From NCBI GenBank assembly GCA_041697335.1, contig JBGUGD010000023.1, positions 64,001 through 128,000 on the forward strand: a DNA stretch of 64,000 nt. The letters run 5' to 3'. The number at the start of each line of letters is the position of its first letter. Position 1 is the stretch's first letter. The translations under genes and the position numbers were made by a program. The notes beneath the pieces were generated by a model. That model made no database searches. It was not told the DNA's origin and was given only the letters and a program-made list of their open reading frames with translations. This document shows positions 38,208 to 49,632 of the stretch, one piece after another. This DNA is from Vampirovibrionaceae bacterium NZW_1234. Lineage in GTDB: Bacteria; Cyanobacteriota; Vampirovibrionia; Vampirovibrionales; JAGQHJ01.

Positions 38208-40022
38208 TTACTTGAAATTGAGGTTTTCCTTGCGTAACCGAATGTTTAATGGGGTCACTTCCATCAGTTCATCCTGCGCAATATAGTCCAACCCAAACTC
38301 CAGGGTGACTTCAATGGGTGTTGACAAAACCTCCAGCACATCGGCGGTGGCGCTTCGCATGTTGGTCAGCTTTTTGGCCTTGCAGACATTCACCAGGAGG
38401 TCGGATTGGCGGTTATGCTCTCCGACGATCATTCCCCGATACACCGTGGTGCGGGGTTTGATGAAATAGGTCCCGCGATCTTCCAGGTTTTTCAGAGAGT
38501 AGGCTGTCGCTTCGCCCGGTTCATGGGCGACCAGAACACCATTGCGGGTGCTGCCGATATCACCCACCCAGGGATGATAGGCGTCAAAGGCGTGTGTCAT
38601 CATACCCTGGCCCCGGGTTAAGCGAATGAAGTCACCTTTGAAGCCCAACAGGCCTCGGGACGGGATGTAGAACTCCAGCAAGGTCCGACCGCCGGTGCTG
38701 TGCATGTGCTTTAACTCGCCTTTGCGTTGGCAGAGCTTTTCGATACAGCCGCCGGTCATGTCTTCGGGCACATCGAGAATCAGGTTTTCAAAGGGTTCAT
38801 TCAATTGCCCGTCAATGGTCTTGGTCAAAACTTCGGGCTTGCTGACCTGGAATTCATAGCCTTCACGACGCATGGTTTCAATCAGAATGCTCAGGTGAAG
38901 CTCACCACGGCCGCTGACCACAAAGCTTTCGGAGGATCCGCCTTCTTCCACGTGAAGACTGATGTTCGTTTTGGCTTCCCGCATCAGGCGATCGCGCAAC
39001 TTGCTGGAAGTCACGTGCTGACCTTCCCGACCGGCCAGAGGGCTGGTGTTGACGGAGAACGTCATTTTTAATGTCGGCTCCTCAATGGCAATCAAAGGCA
39101 GGGGTTCAGGGGTTTCTGTCGCGGTAATGGTTTCTCCAATCTGGGCGTCGGGAATGCCTGCCACAGCAACAATATCACCGGCACCGGCCGTTTCGATTTC
39201 CATGCGCTTGAGGCCCTGAAATCCGAAGAGCTTGCTGACCCGATGCTGGCTGATTTTTCCGCTGCGCTGGACCAGAGAGATGGTTTGGCCCATGTTGATC
39301 TGGCCTCGACGGATTCGCCCGATCAGGATTCGACCCAGATAATCGTTGTAATCAAGGGTCGAGACCTGAAGCTGCAAGGGAGCTTCCTCATTGCCCGGAG
39401 GCTCCGGAATCTTGGCGATGATGGTCTCAAACAAGGGTTCCAGTGTGTCGGTCATGACGGCCGGGTCCAGGGAGGATTTGCCATCCAGACCACAGGCATA
39501 CACCACCGGGAAGTCCAATTGGTGTTCATCCGCACCGAGTTCAATAAACAGATCGATGACGCGATCCACGGCCCGAGCCGGATCGGCGGCAGGGCGGTCC
39601 ATCTTGTTGACGACCACCACGACTGTGAGGCCCAGCTCGAGGGCTTTTCGCAAGACAAACCGGGTCTGGGGCATGGGCCCTTCCACGGCATCCACAACCA
39701 GAAGCGCCCCATCCACCATGGTTAAGACGCGCTCGACTTCGCCGGAGAAATCGGCGTGGCCAGGGGTGTCCAGAATGTTAATCTTGTATTGGTTGTAGGG
39801 AATGGCAGTGTTTTTCGCCAAAATCGTAATGCCCCGTTCCCGCTCCAGGTCGTTGGAGTCCATGGCGCGTTCGGTGACTTGCTCGTTGTCGCGGTAAACA
39901 CCGCTCTGGCGGAACATGCTGTCGACCAGCGTGGTTTTGCCATGGTCAACGTGGGCAATAATGGCAATGTTTCGGATGTTGGGGTTGGTTTTTTCCATGA
40001 TGGGTTGAGGGGCGGTTTGCAT
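38208..40022 (-). CDS. typA: translational GTPase TypA/BipA
   Basis: [37 protein letters not shown] and KKLTNMR motifs. Confidence 0.98.
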   Translation of the reverse strand: MQTAPQPIMEKTNPNIRNIAIIAHVDHGKTTLVDSMFRQSGVYRDNEQVTERAMDSNDLERERGITILAKNTAIPYNQYKINILDTPGHADFSGEVERVLTMVDGALLVVDAVEGPMPQTRFVLRKALELGLTVVVVVNKMDRPAADPARAVDRVIDLFIELGADEHQLDFPVVYACGLDGKSSLDPAVMTDTLEPLFETIIAKIPEPPGNEEAPLQLQVSTLDYNDYLGRILIGRIRRGQINMGQTISLVQRSGKISQHRVSKLFGFQGLKRMEIETAGAGDIVAVAGIPDAQIGETITATETPEPLPLIAIEEPTLKMTFSVNTSPLAGREGQHVTSSKLRDRLMREAKTNISLHVEEGGSSESFVVSGRGELHLSILIETMRREGYEFQVSKPEVLTKTIDGQLNEPFENLILDVPEDMTGGCIEKLCQRKGELKHMHSTGGRTLLEFYIPSRGLLGFKGDFIRLTRGQGMMTHAFDAYHPWVGDIGSTRNGVLVAHEPGEATAYSLKNLEDRGTYFIKPRTTVYRGMIVGEHNRQSDLLVNVCKAKKLTNMRSATADVLEVLSTPIEVTLEFGLDYIAQDELMEVTPLNIRLRKENLNFK

Positions 40023-40167
40023 AGGTCGTGATTCTGTCTTCTTGTGGGCTTTATAACAATGACTTCATTTTGAATAGCCCGAACTCGAATGTCAAACCTT
40101 CATTCTGATTTGACGCCAAGATCAGGATGGTTCTCGGTGAAAATAGGGTTGGGATGGATGGATGAAC

Positions 40168-40611
40168 CTAGACCACCGCGTTTTGTACGACGGTGACTTT
40201 GGTCATTTTGTCACCGACCCGGATTTCCGCAGGAACATCGGTGCCGTCCACGAGCTTGCCGAAGACGGCATAGTTCTTGTCCAGAAAACGGGCGGCATTC
40301 AAGGTGATGTAAAACTGGCTGGAGGCACTGTTGGGATCCTGGCTACGCGCCATGCCCAGCACACCGGGGCCGTCGTGGGATAAATCCGGGTGAATTTCCA
40401 GGGGGATAGTCTTGTCGGAGCCGCCGTTGCCGTTGCCCTTAGGATCGCCGGTCTGGATGACAAAGCCCGGCTCCACACGGTGGAAGACTAGGCCGTCATA
40501 AAAGCCGGATTCGGCCAGCTTGATAAAGTTTTCGGTGGTAATGGGGGCCTGTTCGGTAAACAGCTGTGCTCGCATGGTGCCTTTTTCGGTTTCGATAATG
40601 ACTTCGGTCAT
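40168..40611 (-). CDS. cyclophilin-type peptidyl-prolyl isomerase
   Basis: [27 protein letters not shown] and YAVFG motifs. Confidence 0.95.
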   Translation of the reverse strand: MTEVIIETEKGTMRAQLFTEQAPITTENFIKLAESGFYDGLVFHRVEPGFVIQTGDPKGNGNGGSDKTIPLEIHPDLSHDGPGVLGMARSQDPNSASSQFYITLNAARFLDKNYAVFGKLVDGTDVPAEIRVGDKMTKVTVVQNAVV

Positions 40612-40838
40612 GGGTTAAACTCCTTTTGAGGTCATCGATATGAGGGGCGTATGACACACAATAGAACGAAACGCCCCATTTCGACAACGGCTGTAAGGGC
40701 ATTGGGCGACGCTTTGTGCGAGGGACGTTGATTCAGGCAGGTAATATTTCTTCATAATTTGGTCCAAGTTTTTCTTGAGAGGACTTAAAGACAGCATAGA
40801 ACACAGCAACGCCTAAGGGCTCGATGAAGAGGTAAACG

Positions 40839-40970
40839 ATGTCCGTATTGACCGTCATGATCTATATTCTGGTCATCTCTCGCTTTATTTTAAGCTTGAG
40901 TCGACTTCTGAAGCCGCTTTTGTCCCGTGAAGCCCTTGCTCCCGTCTATGACAGAAACCGCTGGTTTTAA
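40839..40970 (+). CDS. possible 43-aa hydrophobic small protein (MSVLTVMIYIL...)
   Basis: Translated by hand; SD GAGGT; single hydrophobic helix. Confidence 0.45.
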   Translation: MSVLTVMIYILVISRFILSLSRLLKPLLSREALAPVYDRNRWF

Positions 40971-41312
40971 GGCTTTTTCATTCCCTGGACTTCTCAAAGA
41001 ATTTCATTAGGTAAGGATAGGGCGTTTGAGTCGCCAAAAAAATGCTCCCTCTCTGGAACAGACAGTCGATGAACATTGGATAGGGCTTATTGAGAGTTGT
41101 TTTAATACTATCCATATTCTCATCCCCACAGTTTCTGCTTGGGCTTGCTTAATAAGCTGTTCATCCGGGCTAGCCGCGACAGGCCTTGTAGGAGATTCGG
41201 CTAACCCCAATAATTACTGTTTGGCACAGGTTTGTTTATCCTTACTCAATCGGGCAGAACGGGCCTCGTGTAATCGATACCACTCAACGTATTAGGACCA
41301 AGGAGGCCTCGG

Positions 41313-41630
41313 ATGTCAGCGGTAGCGGATCGTCAAATTACTTGTCGCGTTTGTCAGAAAGATTTTTTGTTTTCTGCCGAAGAGCAGGCGTTTTACCAGG
41401 AAAAAGGGTTTCAAGAGCCTCGCAAGTGCAAAGCTTGCAGAGATGAGGCAAAGCAGCATCGCTATGACTCTCAGGAACAACGGCATGGCGAGTACCGGCG
41501 CCCGCATCGGGAATTATATGATGTGGTGTGTTCAGCCTGTGGTGTGCCCACCAAAGTGCCCTTCGAACCCAAGGGAAGTAAGCCGGTGTATTGCCGAGAT
41601 TGCTTTCAGGCGACCATGGACTATTCATAA
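41313..41630 (+). CDS. double zinc-ribbon protein (CxxC-x17-CxxC family)
   Basis: CRVC..EQAFY.EKGF.EPRKCKAC and CSAC..VPFEP..PVYCRDC. Confidence 0.9.
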   Translation: MSAVADRQITCRVCQKDFLFSAEEQAFYQEKGFQEPRKCKACRDEAKQHRYDSQEQRHGEYRRPHRELYDVVCSACGVPTKVPFEPKGSKPVYCRDCFQATMDYS

Positions 41631-41754
41631 TCATCGGTTCGGCCATCTGGGAATGTTGCAGACAATCCGTTAAAACGAGGCCAAGGGCTTGCTCATGGTC
41701 TGTGTTTCAGCGATGATCAGCGCACATGATCCGATAACCAGTTGGATGATTGCG

Positions 41755-42030
41755 ATGAAACGGTTTGTGATTGTTCTGTGTGTTTTAATGGGCCTCTGGG
41801 GCTTTATGTTCTCGGGTTGCAGCCAACATCGGCCTGAAAATCCCGTGATCCGGTTTTGGCATCAAAGCGGGATTGGCGATTATGTTCACGATGTGACTCA
41901 TCCTCGGCTTTCGCTGAAGACCCAGTTCAAGTTGTGGCGGATGTCGCGTCGGGTGCATAAAACCATGTACCGCTGGTCCAAAGACCTGGATACCCGTCTT
42001 CACGATCTGGCAGACGCTTTGCCGATATAG
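41755..42030 (+). CDS. putative lipoprotein
   Basis: MKR, hydrophobic core and FSG|C lipobox. Confidence 0.65.
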   Translation: MKRFVIVLCVLMGLWGFMFSGCSQHRPENPVIRFWHQSGIGDYVHDVTHPRLSLKTQFKLWRMSRRVHKTMYRWSKDLDTRLHDLADALPI

Positions 42031-42072
42031 GCCGGCTGCCTGATAATTTCTTCTTGCGACGAGTGTCTTTGC

Positions 42073-43227
42073 CTATTGTGATTTCGACGTCGGACGGCTG
42101 AGAATGCGTTTCAGCGAATCTTTTACGTCTTGCGACAGCACCTGGGTACCGGGGGGTGTTGCATCCTGTTCCGTAGCCAGTTTGGCGGAGATGCCTACCT
42201 GAGGCCCGGTGGGCTTGGGGAAGGTGGTCAAGGCCATTTTCTGAGCCAGTTTGTCAGACACCAGCTTGAACTGGATCATGCTGTCGCTGTCATCGAAGAC
42301 GGATTTTGTGAAGTTCTCAAAGGCGTTCAAGGGGACCTTGGCTTCGGCACGACGTTGATAAACCAAGACCATGGAGCCGTTTTGGACGTTATAGACCTGC
42401 ATATTACCGGTCACATAGAAGTTGGGTTGCTTGGGCAGTTGATCATGATGGTAGTACAAGTACTTTTCCAGCAAGCCGGACGGCCGGGTCAACTGGTTGT
42501 AGTCAAAGGTGGATCCAACGAAAATGACCCAATCCACAGGGTGGTCTTTGGTGCTCAGCTGGTTGGCCAGGGTCATGATATCGTTTTCATCCGGCTCACC
42601 CGCTTCGATGTAATCACGCATCACCTTTTGATAAACCCCGTCTGCGCCTCTGGCTTTCAGGCGATCATAGGCGTAGATGGGGTTCATCACGTGAAAAGGC
42701 TGGTTTTCCTTGGCAAACTTGATTCGAAACTCTTTTGCGACAGCCGTGGACAGAATCAGAGGCAAGTCCGAAAAGGCTTTGTTCTGGTTGCTATGGTACA
42801 TCACCGGGAATATGGCAATCCCCGGTGATGATGTATTGATGGATTGGAGCTGGGAGGGTGCCTGCGGCGACGGATTCAACGTGGCCGGCTGACCCTGGAC
42901 TTCCGGATTGGGTGCGGATAGGGTTGCCGGTTGGGCCTCAATGGTCGCCGGTGAACCGGGTCTTAACTGCAAGGCCTGCTGAGTGTTGGGCCGGTATTCC
43001 AGCGACTGGATGGCTTCAAAGCTGGTGGTGGGCTGTTGTTTTTGAAATCCTACCGGTACCGTGGTTTTGGCGTGTGCCGGTTGAGATTGGATATCTTCAA
43101 CCGAGGTATAGCTGTAGACGTTCTCCTGGACGGACAGATCCAACGACCAGGCGCTGGGGTACAGGGTTGTTGCCACCAGCATCAGGAAGGCCGTCAGCGA
43201 CAGAAAGATATGCCATTTCTTTGTCAT
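42073..43227 (-). CDS. hypothetical exported protein
   Basis: Signal peptide; Pro/Gln linker; globular C-terminal domain. Confidence 0.8.
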   Translation of the reverse strand: MTKKWHIFLSLTAFLMLVATTLYPSAWSLDLSVQENVYSYTSVEDIQSQPAHAKTTVPVGFQKQQPTTSFEAIQSLEYRPNTQQALQLRPGSPATIEAQPATLSAPNPEVQGQPATLNPSPQAPSQLQSINTSSPGIAIFPVMYHSNQNKAFSDLPLILSTAVAKEFRIKFAKENQPFHVMNPIYAYDRLKARGADGVYQKVMRDYIEAGEPDENDIMTLANQLSTKDHPVDWVIFVGSTFDYNQLTRPSGLLEKYLYYHHDQLPKQPNFYVTGNMQVYNVQNGSMVLVYQRRAEAKVPLNAFENFTKSVFDDSDSMIQFKLVSDKLAQKMALTTFPKPTGPQVGISAKLATEQDATPPGTQVLSQDVKDSLKRILSRPTSKSQ

Positions 43228-43572
43228 TCGTTTCCCTTTCTCACTTTTTGTACGCAATATCTTCTCCACAATAATCCCATTATGGTGTTGGGTCCCTGGC
43301 AACACATCCCCAGATGGGTGGAGCTTGATTCCGAATCCTCAGGAGTATCGACCGGTATTTGGATTTTCTTTGACAGCCTTTATGAAGTCTATTCTGATTT
43401 TTCCAGGCGATGTCGTCTCACCATCATTGAGAATCTTCAAATTCTTTAGTCTCCAATACCACAAACCTCTGTGAATCGCAGTCTCCCAGGATGGAAAAAT
43501 AACGATATAATGAACTCATGATGAGATTTCACCCTGTTCCGAAATCCAGGGCTGCGTGTAAGGAAAACCCCT

Positions 43573-44934
43573 ATGCCTGCTGAGCTCGACCCAGCCAGTC
43601 CCCATTCTGCTTTCTTCCGGTCCCGGCGCTCCTCTAAACGGATGGTCTTTGCCCTGGCGTTTTTGCTGGTGGTGGGAGGCGTGTATTGGGTTACGCATCG
43701 AGGGGGGAATGGGATGAATGCGGGTGCCCCATCCATGGCCGAGCTGATGAAAAAGCCCGTTCCGGTCATTGTTTCCCCGGTTTCGATGCAATCCGTTCCG
43801 GTGGTTCTGACGACGATTGGCAATACCGAACCGATGTCCACGGTGGCCTTAAAACCTCAGGTCACCGGCCGACTGGAGAGTATTCACTTTGTTGAGGGGC
43901 AATATGTTCAGCCGGGACAGATTTTGTTTACCCTGGATTCCCGGCCCTTTGAGGCGGCTTATCGCGAGGCTCAGGCGACCCTCCAGAGTGCTCGGTCGCA
44001 GGTGCAGCAGTTGCGGGCCAACGTCATCAGGGATGAAGCTGCTGTCCGCCAGGCGCAAGCCAACCTGTCTCGAGACACCGCGCAATTAACGTATGCCGAA
44101 TCCCAGGTACGTCGCTATGCCAGTCTTTTACAACAGGAGTATATTTCCCGAGATCAGTATGAACAGTCCGTTGCCAATCGTGATGCGGCCCGCTCGGTGG
44201 TAGCGGCCAGCAGAGCGGCAGTCGAAAATGCCAATGCTCAATTGCTGTCCGATCGGGCATCGGTACAGACGGCTGTTGCACAGGCTCAAGCTAATGAAGC
44301 CATTGTGGAGAACCGTCGTCTTGAGTTGGGGTATACGACCATTCGGGCGCCTTTTTATGGCCGGACCGGAAGTTTTCGGGTTCATGCCGGAGATATGATT
44401 CAGGCCAACACCACGGAGTTGGTGACCTTGGATAAGACAAATCCTATCTATGTCAGCTTTTCCGTGCCCGAGGCCCAGTTGGCCGAGATCAAGCGTCGTC
44501 AGGCCGTGCGGCCCCTCACGGTCAATGTGACCCTCAAAAATTCAGAACGCACCCGACTGACGGGGCGCCTGACCTTTGTGAACAATGCCGTGGACCAGAC
44601 CACCGGAACCATTCGCCTGAAGGCTTTGTTTGATAACGCAGACCGCAGGCTTTGGCCCGGTCAGTTTATGGATGTGGAACTGGTGATGGGCATTGATGCC
44701 AACATGATGGTTGTCCCGGCCTCGGCCATTCAAACCGGCCAGAAAGGGGATTATGTATTCCGTGTGGTGGATGGCAAAGCCGAGTACCAGGACGTTAAGG
44801 TCGTTCGTGTTGTCGAGGATCGAGCGGTTATCTCGTCCGGACTGAATACGGGAGATACCGTGGTAACGGACGGGCAGATGCAGCTTAGTCCAGGTCAGAA
44901 GGTGACCCTGAAGCGGTCGTTGTCACAAGAGTAG
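43573..44934 (+). CDS. RND efflux periplasmic adaptor (MdtA-like)
   Basis: FVEGQYV, TTIRAPFYG, VDQTTGTI and LWPGQF motifs. Confidence 0.95.
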   Translation: MPAELDPASPHSAFFRSRRSSKRMVFALAFLLVVGGVYWVTHRGGNGMNAGAPSMAELMKKPVPVIVSPVSMQSVPVVLTTIGNTEPMSTVALKPQVTGRLESIHFVEGQYVQPGQILFTLDSRPFEAAYREAQATLQSARSQVQQLRANVIRDEAAVRQAQANLSRDTAQLTYAESQVRRYASLLQQEYISRDQYEQSVANRDAARSVVAASRAAVENANAQLLSDRASVQTAVAQAQANEAIVENRRLELGYTTIRAPFYGRTGSFRVHAGDMIQANTTELVTLDKTNPIYVSFSVPEAQLAEIKRRQAVRPLTVNVTLKNSERTRLTGRLTFVNNAVDQTTGTIRLKALFDNADRRLWPGQFMDVELVMGIDANMMVVPASAIQTGQKGDYVFRVVDGKAEYQDVKVVRVVEDRAVISSGLNTGDTVVTDGQMQLSPGQKVTLKRSLSQE

Positions 44935-44954
44935 GGAAGGGTTGTCCTGCCCCC

Positions 44955-47900
44955 ATGAACTTTAGCCGAGTCTTTATTGAGCGTCCCATTATGACCACCC
45001 TGGTGATGGTGGGGATTCTGCTCTTTGGGCTTTTGAGTTACTTCCGCCTGCCGGTCAGTGATCTGCCGAACGTGGATTTCCCGACGATTCTGGTTTCTGC
45101 GGCCTTGCCCGGTGCCAGTCCCGAGACCATGGCGTCCTCGGTGGCGACGCCGTTGGAACAGCAGTTCTCTACGATTGCCGGGTTGGAGTCCATGAACTCG
45201 TCCAGTTCCCTGGGAAACACCTCTATTACGTTGCAATTTGACTTGGAGCGCAATCTCGATGCAGCGGCCCAGGATGTCCAGGCCGCAATCTCCTCGTCTC
45301 TTCGCAAGCTTCCGGTCGATATGCCCGCCCCGCCGACCCTGAGAAAGGTCAATCCGGCGGATCAGCCGGTGCTGTATATGGCGGTCAGTTCCAGTTATCT
45401 GCCGCTGTCTCAGGTTGATGAATACGCCGAAAAATTGATTGCCCAGCGGATCTCCATGGTGTCCGGGGTGGCTCAGGTTTCTGTTTTCGGCTCTCAGAAA
45501 TACGCCGTTCGGGTTCAGGTCGATCCTACGGCATTGGCCTCTCGCAGTATTGGTCTGGATGAAGTGACGTCGGCCATCCAGGATGCCAATGTCAACCGTC
45601 CCATTGGGTCTTTGTATGGCTTGAATCAGACATTCACCGTCAAGGACAACGGGCAGTTGTTTAATGCCGCTGCCTATCGGCCGGTGATTGTGGCCTATCG
45701 TAACGAAGCTCCCGTGAGACTGGAAGAAGTCGCCAATGTCATTGACAGTGTCGAGAATACTCGTATTGCCAGCTGGCGAAATGGCACACGAGCTGTTGTC
45801 TTGGCGATTCAGCGCCAGCCGGGAACCAATACCATTGAAGTCATTAACGACATCAAGGCGCTGCTTCCCACCTTTCAAACCATTCTGCCGCCAGGGATTA
45901 ATCTCGATATTGTCTTCGATCGCTCCATTACGATTCGAAAATCGGTTAACGATGTCCAGTTTACCCTATTGCTGACCATTGTCCTGGTCGTGATGGTGAT
46001 TTATCTCTTCCTGCGCAGTGCCTTTGCAACCATCATTTCCAGCCTGGCGCTTCCAATGTCGATTATTGGGACCTTTGCGGCCATGCACCTGTTGGGCTTC
46101 AACCTGGATAATATCTCCCTCATGGCCCTGACTCTGTCGGTGGGCTTTGTCGTGGACGATGCCATTGTGGTTCTGGAGAACATTACCCGGCATATGGAGA
46201 TGGGCAAACATGCGTTTCAAGCAGCACTGGAAGGAGCGCGGGAGATTGGGTTCACCATTGTCTCAATGACCCTGTCCCTGGTGGCGGTGTTTATTCCGGT
46301 TCTCTTTATGGGAGGCTTGATTGGGCGTTTGTTTAACGAGTTTGCCGTGACCATCAGTGTGGCCATTCTGATTTCCGGTGTCATTTCCCTGACCTTGACC
46401 CCCATGCTCTGCAGCCGCTATCTCAAAGTCGCTCCCAAAACCAGTGCGAATCCTGTTTTGGCTACCTCCGGTTATTTCTTTGACCAGCTTTATCATCTCT
46501 ATCAGTGGACTTTACAGGCCACGCTTCGACATAAGCCCCTGGTACTGATACTCTTTTTTGTGTTGACCGTCTTGACCGGTGTTCTGTTTGCTGTTACCCC
46601 CAAAGGCTTTATGCCCAACGAAGACAATGCCCAGATTTATATCTCCACGGAAGGTCCCCAGGGAATTCCTTTTGCCGAGATGGTCCGTCACCAGCGGGTG
46701 ATTGCCGAAATCGTGCGCAAGGACCCCAACGTTCGTACGGTGATGTCTACTGTCGAGAACAGCAATACCGGTCGGATGTTCATTGCCCTCAAGCAGCGAG
46801 AAGAACGAAGCAAAGGGGTCGAGGAACTGATTCAGGAATTGCGGCCCAAGCTCAATGCCGTTCCTGGAATTCGGGTGTTTATGCAGAATCCGCCCAGCAT
46901 TCGTTTGGGTGGCCAGCTCACAAAGAGCTTGTATCAGTTGACGCTGCAAAGCCCGAATACCGAGGATCTGTATAATGCCACCGTAGAGCTTGAAGCGCGC
47001 ATGAAGAAGATGCCGGATCTGTTGGATGTGACCTCTGATTTGCAAATTAAAAACCCGCAACTCAACATCCATATTGATCGGGACAAGGCCTCCTCGCTCG
47101 GGGTCAGCATGGATCAGATCGAAGAGGCGTTGAGCAACGCGTATGGCACGCGCCAGATTTCGACCATTTATACGCCCAATAACAGCTATCAGGTCATCAT
47201 CGAATTGATGCCCGAGTATCAAAAAGATTTTAGCGCTTTGTCCTTTTTGTACATTCGTTCCCAGTCCGGCCAATTGGTGCCGTTAAATGCAGTTGCCTCC
47301 ATTACCCAGACGGTGGGTCCCTTAACGGTGAATCACTTGGGGCAATTCCCCTCCACCACCCTTTCTTTTAACCTTCCTCCCGGTGTGGCCCTGGGAAACA
47401 AAGTGAACGAAATCGACGATATGGCCCGTTCGATCTTGCCCGATACGGTTCGAAGCAGCTTCCAGGGAACGGCTCAGGCGTTTCAGGCTTCCTCGCAGGG
47501 GATGGGGATCATGTTACTGGTTGCTGTTCTGGTGATTTATCTGATTCTGGGAATCCTGTACGAAAGTTTCATTCACCCGTTGACTATCCTGTCAGGCTTG
47601 CCACCGGCTGGCTTTGGTGCTCTGATTACCCTGTTGCTGTTCAACAAAGATCTCAACCTCTATGGGTTCTTGGGGCTTATTATGTTGATAGGCATTGTCA
47701 AAAAGAACGCCATTATGATGATCGACTTTGCGCTTGAAGCCCAACGACATGAAGATAAACCGGCTGAGGAAGCCATTTTCTCGGCGTGCCTGATCCGTTT
47801 TCGTCCCATCATGATGACAACGCTGGCTGCTCTCATTGGAACGTTGCCCATTGCCATTGGGTTGGGGGCCGGGGGGGAAGTCAGACAATCCCTGGGGCTT

Positions 47901-48011
47901 GCCGTGTTTGGCGGTTTGGTGGTGTCCCAACTCTTGACGCTCTATATTACGCCGGTCCTGTATGTTTACCTGGAGCGCCTCAAAGCGCGTCTGGTGAGGT
48001 GGGCTGCATGA
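44955..48011 (+). CDS. RND efflux permease (MdtB/C-like)
   Basis: GFVVDDAIVV, GIVKKNAIMM and RFRPIMMTT motifs. Confidence 0.97.
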   Translation: MNFSRVFIERPIMTTLVMVGILLFGLLSYFRLPVSDLPNVDFPTILVSAALPGASPETMASSVATPLEQQFSTIAGLESMNSSSSLGNTSITLQFDLERNLDAAAQDVQAAISSSLRKLPVDMPAPPTLRKVNPADQPVLYMAVSSSYLPLSQVDEYAEKLIAQRISMVSGVAQVSVFGSQKYAVRVQVDPTALASRSIGLDEVTSAIQDANVNRPIGSLYGLNQTFTVKDNGQLFNAAAYRPVIVAYRNEAPVRLEEVANVIDSVENTRIASWRNGTRAVVLAIQRQPGTNTIEVINDIKALLPTFQTILPPGINLDIVFDRSITIRKSVNDVQFTLLLTIVLVVMVIYLFLRSAFATIISSLALPMSIIGTFAAMHLLGFNLDNISLMALTLSVGFVVDDAIVVLENITRHMEMGKHAFQAALEGAREIGFTIVSMTLSLVAVFIPVLFMGGLIGRLFNEFAVTISVAILISGVISLTLTPMLCSRYLKVAPKTSANPVLATSGYFFDQLYHLYQWTLQATLRHKPLVLILFFVLTVLTGVLFAVTPKGFMPNEDNAQIYISTEGPQGIPFAEMVRHQRVIAEIVRKDPNVRTVMSTVENSNTGRMFIALKQREERSKGVEELIQELRPKLNAVPGIRVFMQNPPSIRLGGQLTKSLYQLTLQSPNTEDLYNATVELEARMKKMPDLLDVTSDLQIKNPQLNIHIDRDKASSLGVSMDQIEEALSNAYGTRQISTIYTPNNSYQVIIELMPEYQKDFSALSFLYIRSQSGQLVPLNAVASITQTVGPLTVNHLGQFPSTTLSFNLPPGVALGNKVNEIDDMARSILPDTVRSSFQGTAQAFQASSQGMGIMLLVAVLVIYLILGILYESFIHPLTILSGLPPAGFGALITLLLFNKDLNLYGFLGLIMLIGIVKKNAIMMIDFALEAQRHEDKPAEEAIFSACLIRFRPIMMTTLAALIGTLPIAIGLGAGGEVRQSLGLAVFGGLVVSQLLTLYITPVLYVYLERLKARLVRWAA

Positions 48012-49627
48012 GGAAACGTCATCAACTGCTTGCGTTGGCATTTGCGCTTCAGGTTTCAGGGCTGGCATTGGCACAGACCGAACCGGGATCTGCAATACCG
48101 GCCCCATCTTCAGGAGCACCGAATACCGGAAATGTCTCTTCAACGCCTGCCGTACTCCCCCCGAGTGCCGATCCGGGCTCAACTTCCCCAACAAAGTCGA
48201 CCTCTCCCCTGACCGTGAATGTGGAGGGACAACAGGTGGCATTGCCGGAAGGCACCATGGAGGCGGTGACACTGAGAGCCCATTTGCAAAAATCGCAGGA
48301 ACTGCCTCTAACACTGGAAAACGCCCTCCGCTTGGCTATGGGGCAAAATATTGTCATTGATTTGGCTGATGAGAACGTTCAGGTTCGCCGTTGGGAGCGG
48401 ATGTTGTCGCTGGCGACCCTGCTGCCGGATGTGACGTTTCAGTACAACCAGTCTCGGTTTCGGGGTGCAGTTCAAATCTTTGGCGGTGGGACCGTGGCCA
48501 TTATTCGTCCCACCGTGCAACCTCAGGTGACCTTCAATTACACCATCTCGACAGGCGGACGCGATATCTTTCTCTTGCGCGCCTCTCAGCAGCGTGAGGC
48601 GGCTCAAAAGAGTCTTGCTGAAGAGACGCGTCAGGACATACTCCGTCAGGTGGCACTGGCCTATTATGATTTGCAGCAAGCCTATTGGTTAAGAGCCATT
48701 GCACTTCAGTCCATCGAAGAAGCCCAGCAGCAGGTAGACCTGAACCAGGCTCGCCTCACCAGTGGTGTGGGTGTGCGGCTGGAGTTGCTGCAGTCCCAGA
48801 CCACGCTTGCAACCCGTCGAAACGATTTGATCACCACCGAGAATTCCATATCCACCGCATCTAACCGACTGTCACAATTATTAAATATGGACTTTGACGT
48901 GGATATTGTCCCGAATGCCTTGGAAGCCACGGTTCATCCGCTGGTGGATGAAACGATCTCCATTGATACGCTTTTGGCAACGGCCTATGCCAATAATCCC
49001 CGCATCAAAGCTCTTCAGAATTTAATCGAAGCCGGTCGCTCCGATGTTCGGGCGGCCATTGCCTCTATTTTCCCGGTGGTGCAGATTACGGCCTTTGCCA
49101 ACGGCACCGGCCCGGATTGGGCGAGTTTGCAATTCAGCCGGTTTACGGGGATTCAGGCCTCAACATCGCTGTTGCAGGGTATGGGTGTGGCACCGTTTGC
49201 GGGTGTACAGCTGGCTCGCACCAATGAGCGTATTGCCAAACTGAACCTGGCTGACTTTGATAACACGCTTCGGGAAAATATTGCCAATGCCGTGGTGTCT
49301 TTGCGGACGTTTGAGGCCAGGATTGCGGCATCTCGGGAAGCCCTTTCCTTTGCCCGTTCCGCTTATGAACAGGCATTGGGTCGTTTGCGAGAAGGTGTGG
49401 GAACCAATACCGATGTCATTGCCGCCAATACGACACTGATTCGGGCTCGAGCGGATTTGGCCAATGCTTTTCTGGACTACAACAAGGCAGCGGTGAACCT
49501 GGTTTTTGTTTTGGGAGTGGCCAGTGTGGAAACCCTGACGCAAGGCTATACGTTTTCTCCTGCACCTGCTGCACAGGTATCTCCAAATTTGGGAGCCGCC
49601 CTGGCCAAGTCACGGCTCAAGCCGTGA
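48008..49627 (+). CDS. TolC-family outer membrane protein
   Basis: ATGA overlap with the RND gene; signal peptide; two OEP repeats. Confidence 0.9.
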   Translation: MRKRHQLLALAFALQVSGLALAQTEPGSAIPAPSSGAPNTGNVSSTPAVLPPSADPGSTSPTKSTSPLTVNVEGQQVALPEGTMEAVTLRAHLQKSQELPLTLENALRLAMGQNIVIDLADENVQVRRWERMLSLATLLPDVTFQYNQSRFRGAVQIFGGGTVAIIRPTVQPQVTFNYTISTGGRDIFLLRASQQREAAQKSLAEETRQDILRQVALAYYDLQQAYWLRAIALQSIEEAQQQVDLNQARLTSGVGVRLELLQSQTTLATRRNDLITTENSISTASNRLSQLLNMDFDVDIVPNALEATVHPLVDETISIDTLLATAYANNPRIKALQNLIEAGRSDVRAAIASIFPVVQITAFANGTGPDWASLQFSRFTGIQASTSLLQGMGVAPFAGVQLARTNERIAKLNLADFDNTLRENIANAVVSLRTFEARIAASREALSFARSAYEQALGRLREGVGTNTDVIAANTTLIRARADLANAFLDYNKAAVNLVFVLGVASVETLTQGYTFSPAPAAQVSPNLGAALAKSRLKP

Positions 49628-49632
49628 GGATT

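Noticed and set aside
44895..45878. Long antisense ORFs (e.g. 44895-45878, 30857-31693, 12218-12907)
   Set aside because: Shadow frames opposite well-supported genes.
47786..48007. N-terminal extension of the TolC ORF
   Set aside because: It overlaps the RND gene; the ATG at 48008 gives an ATGA overlap and a signal peptide.
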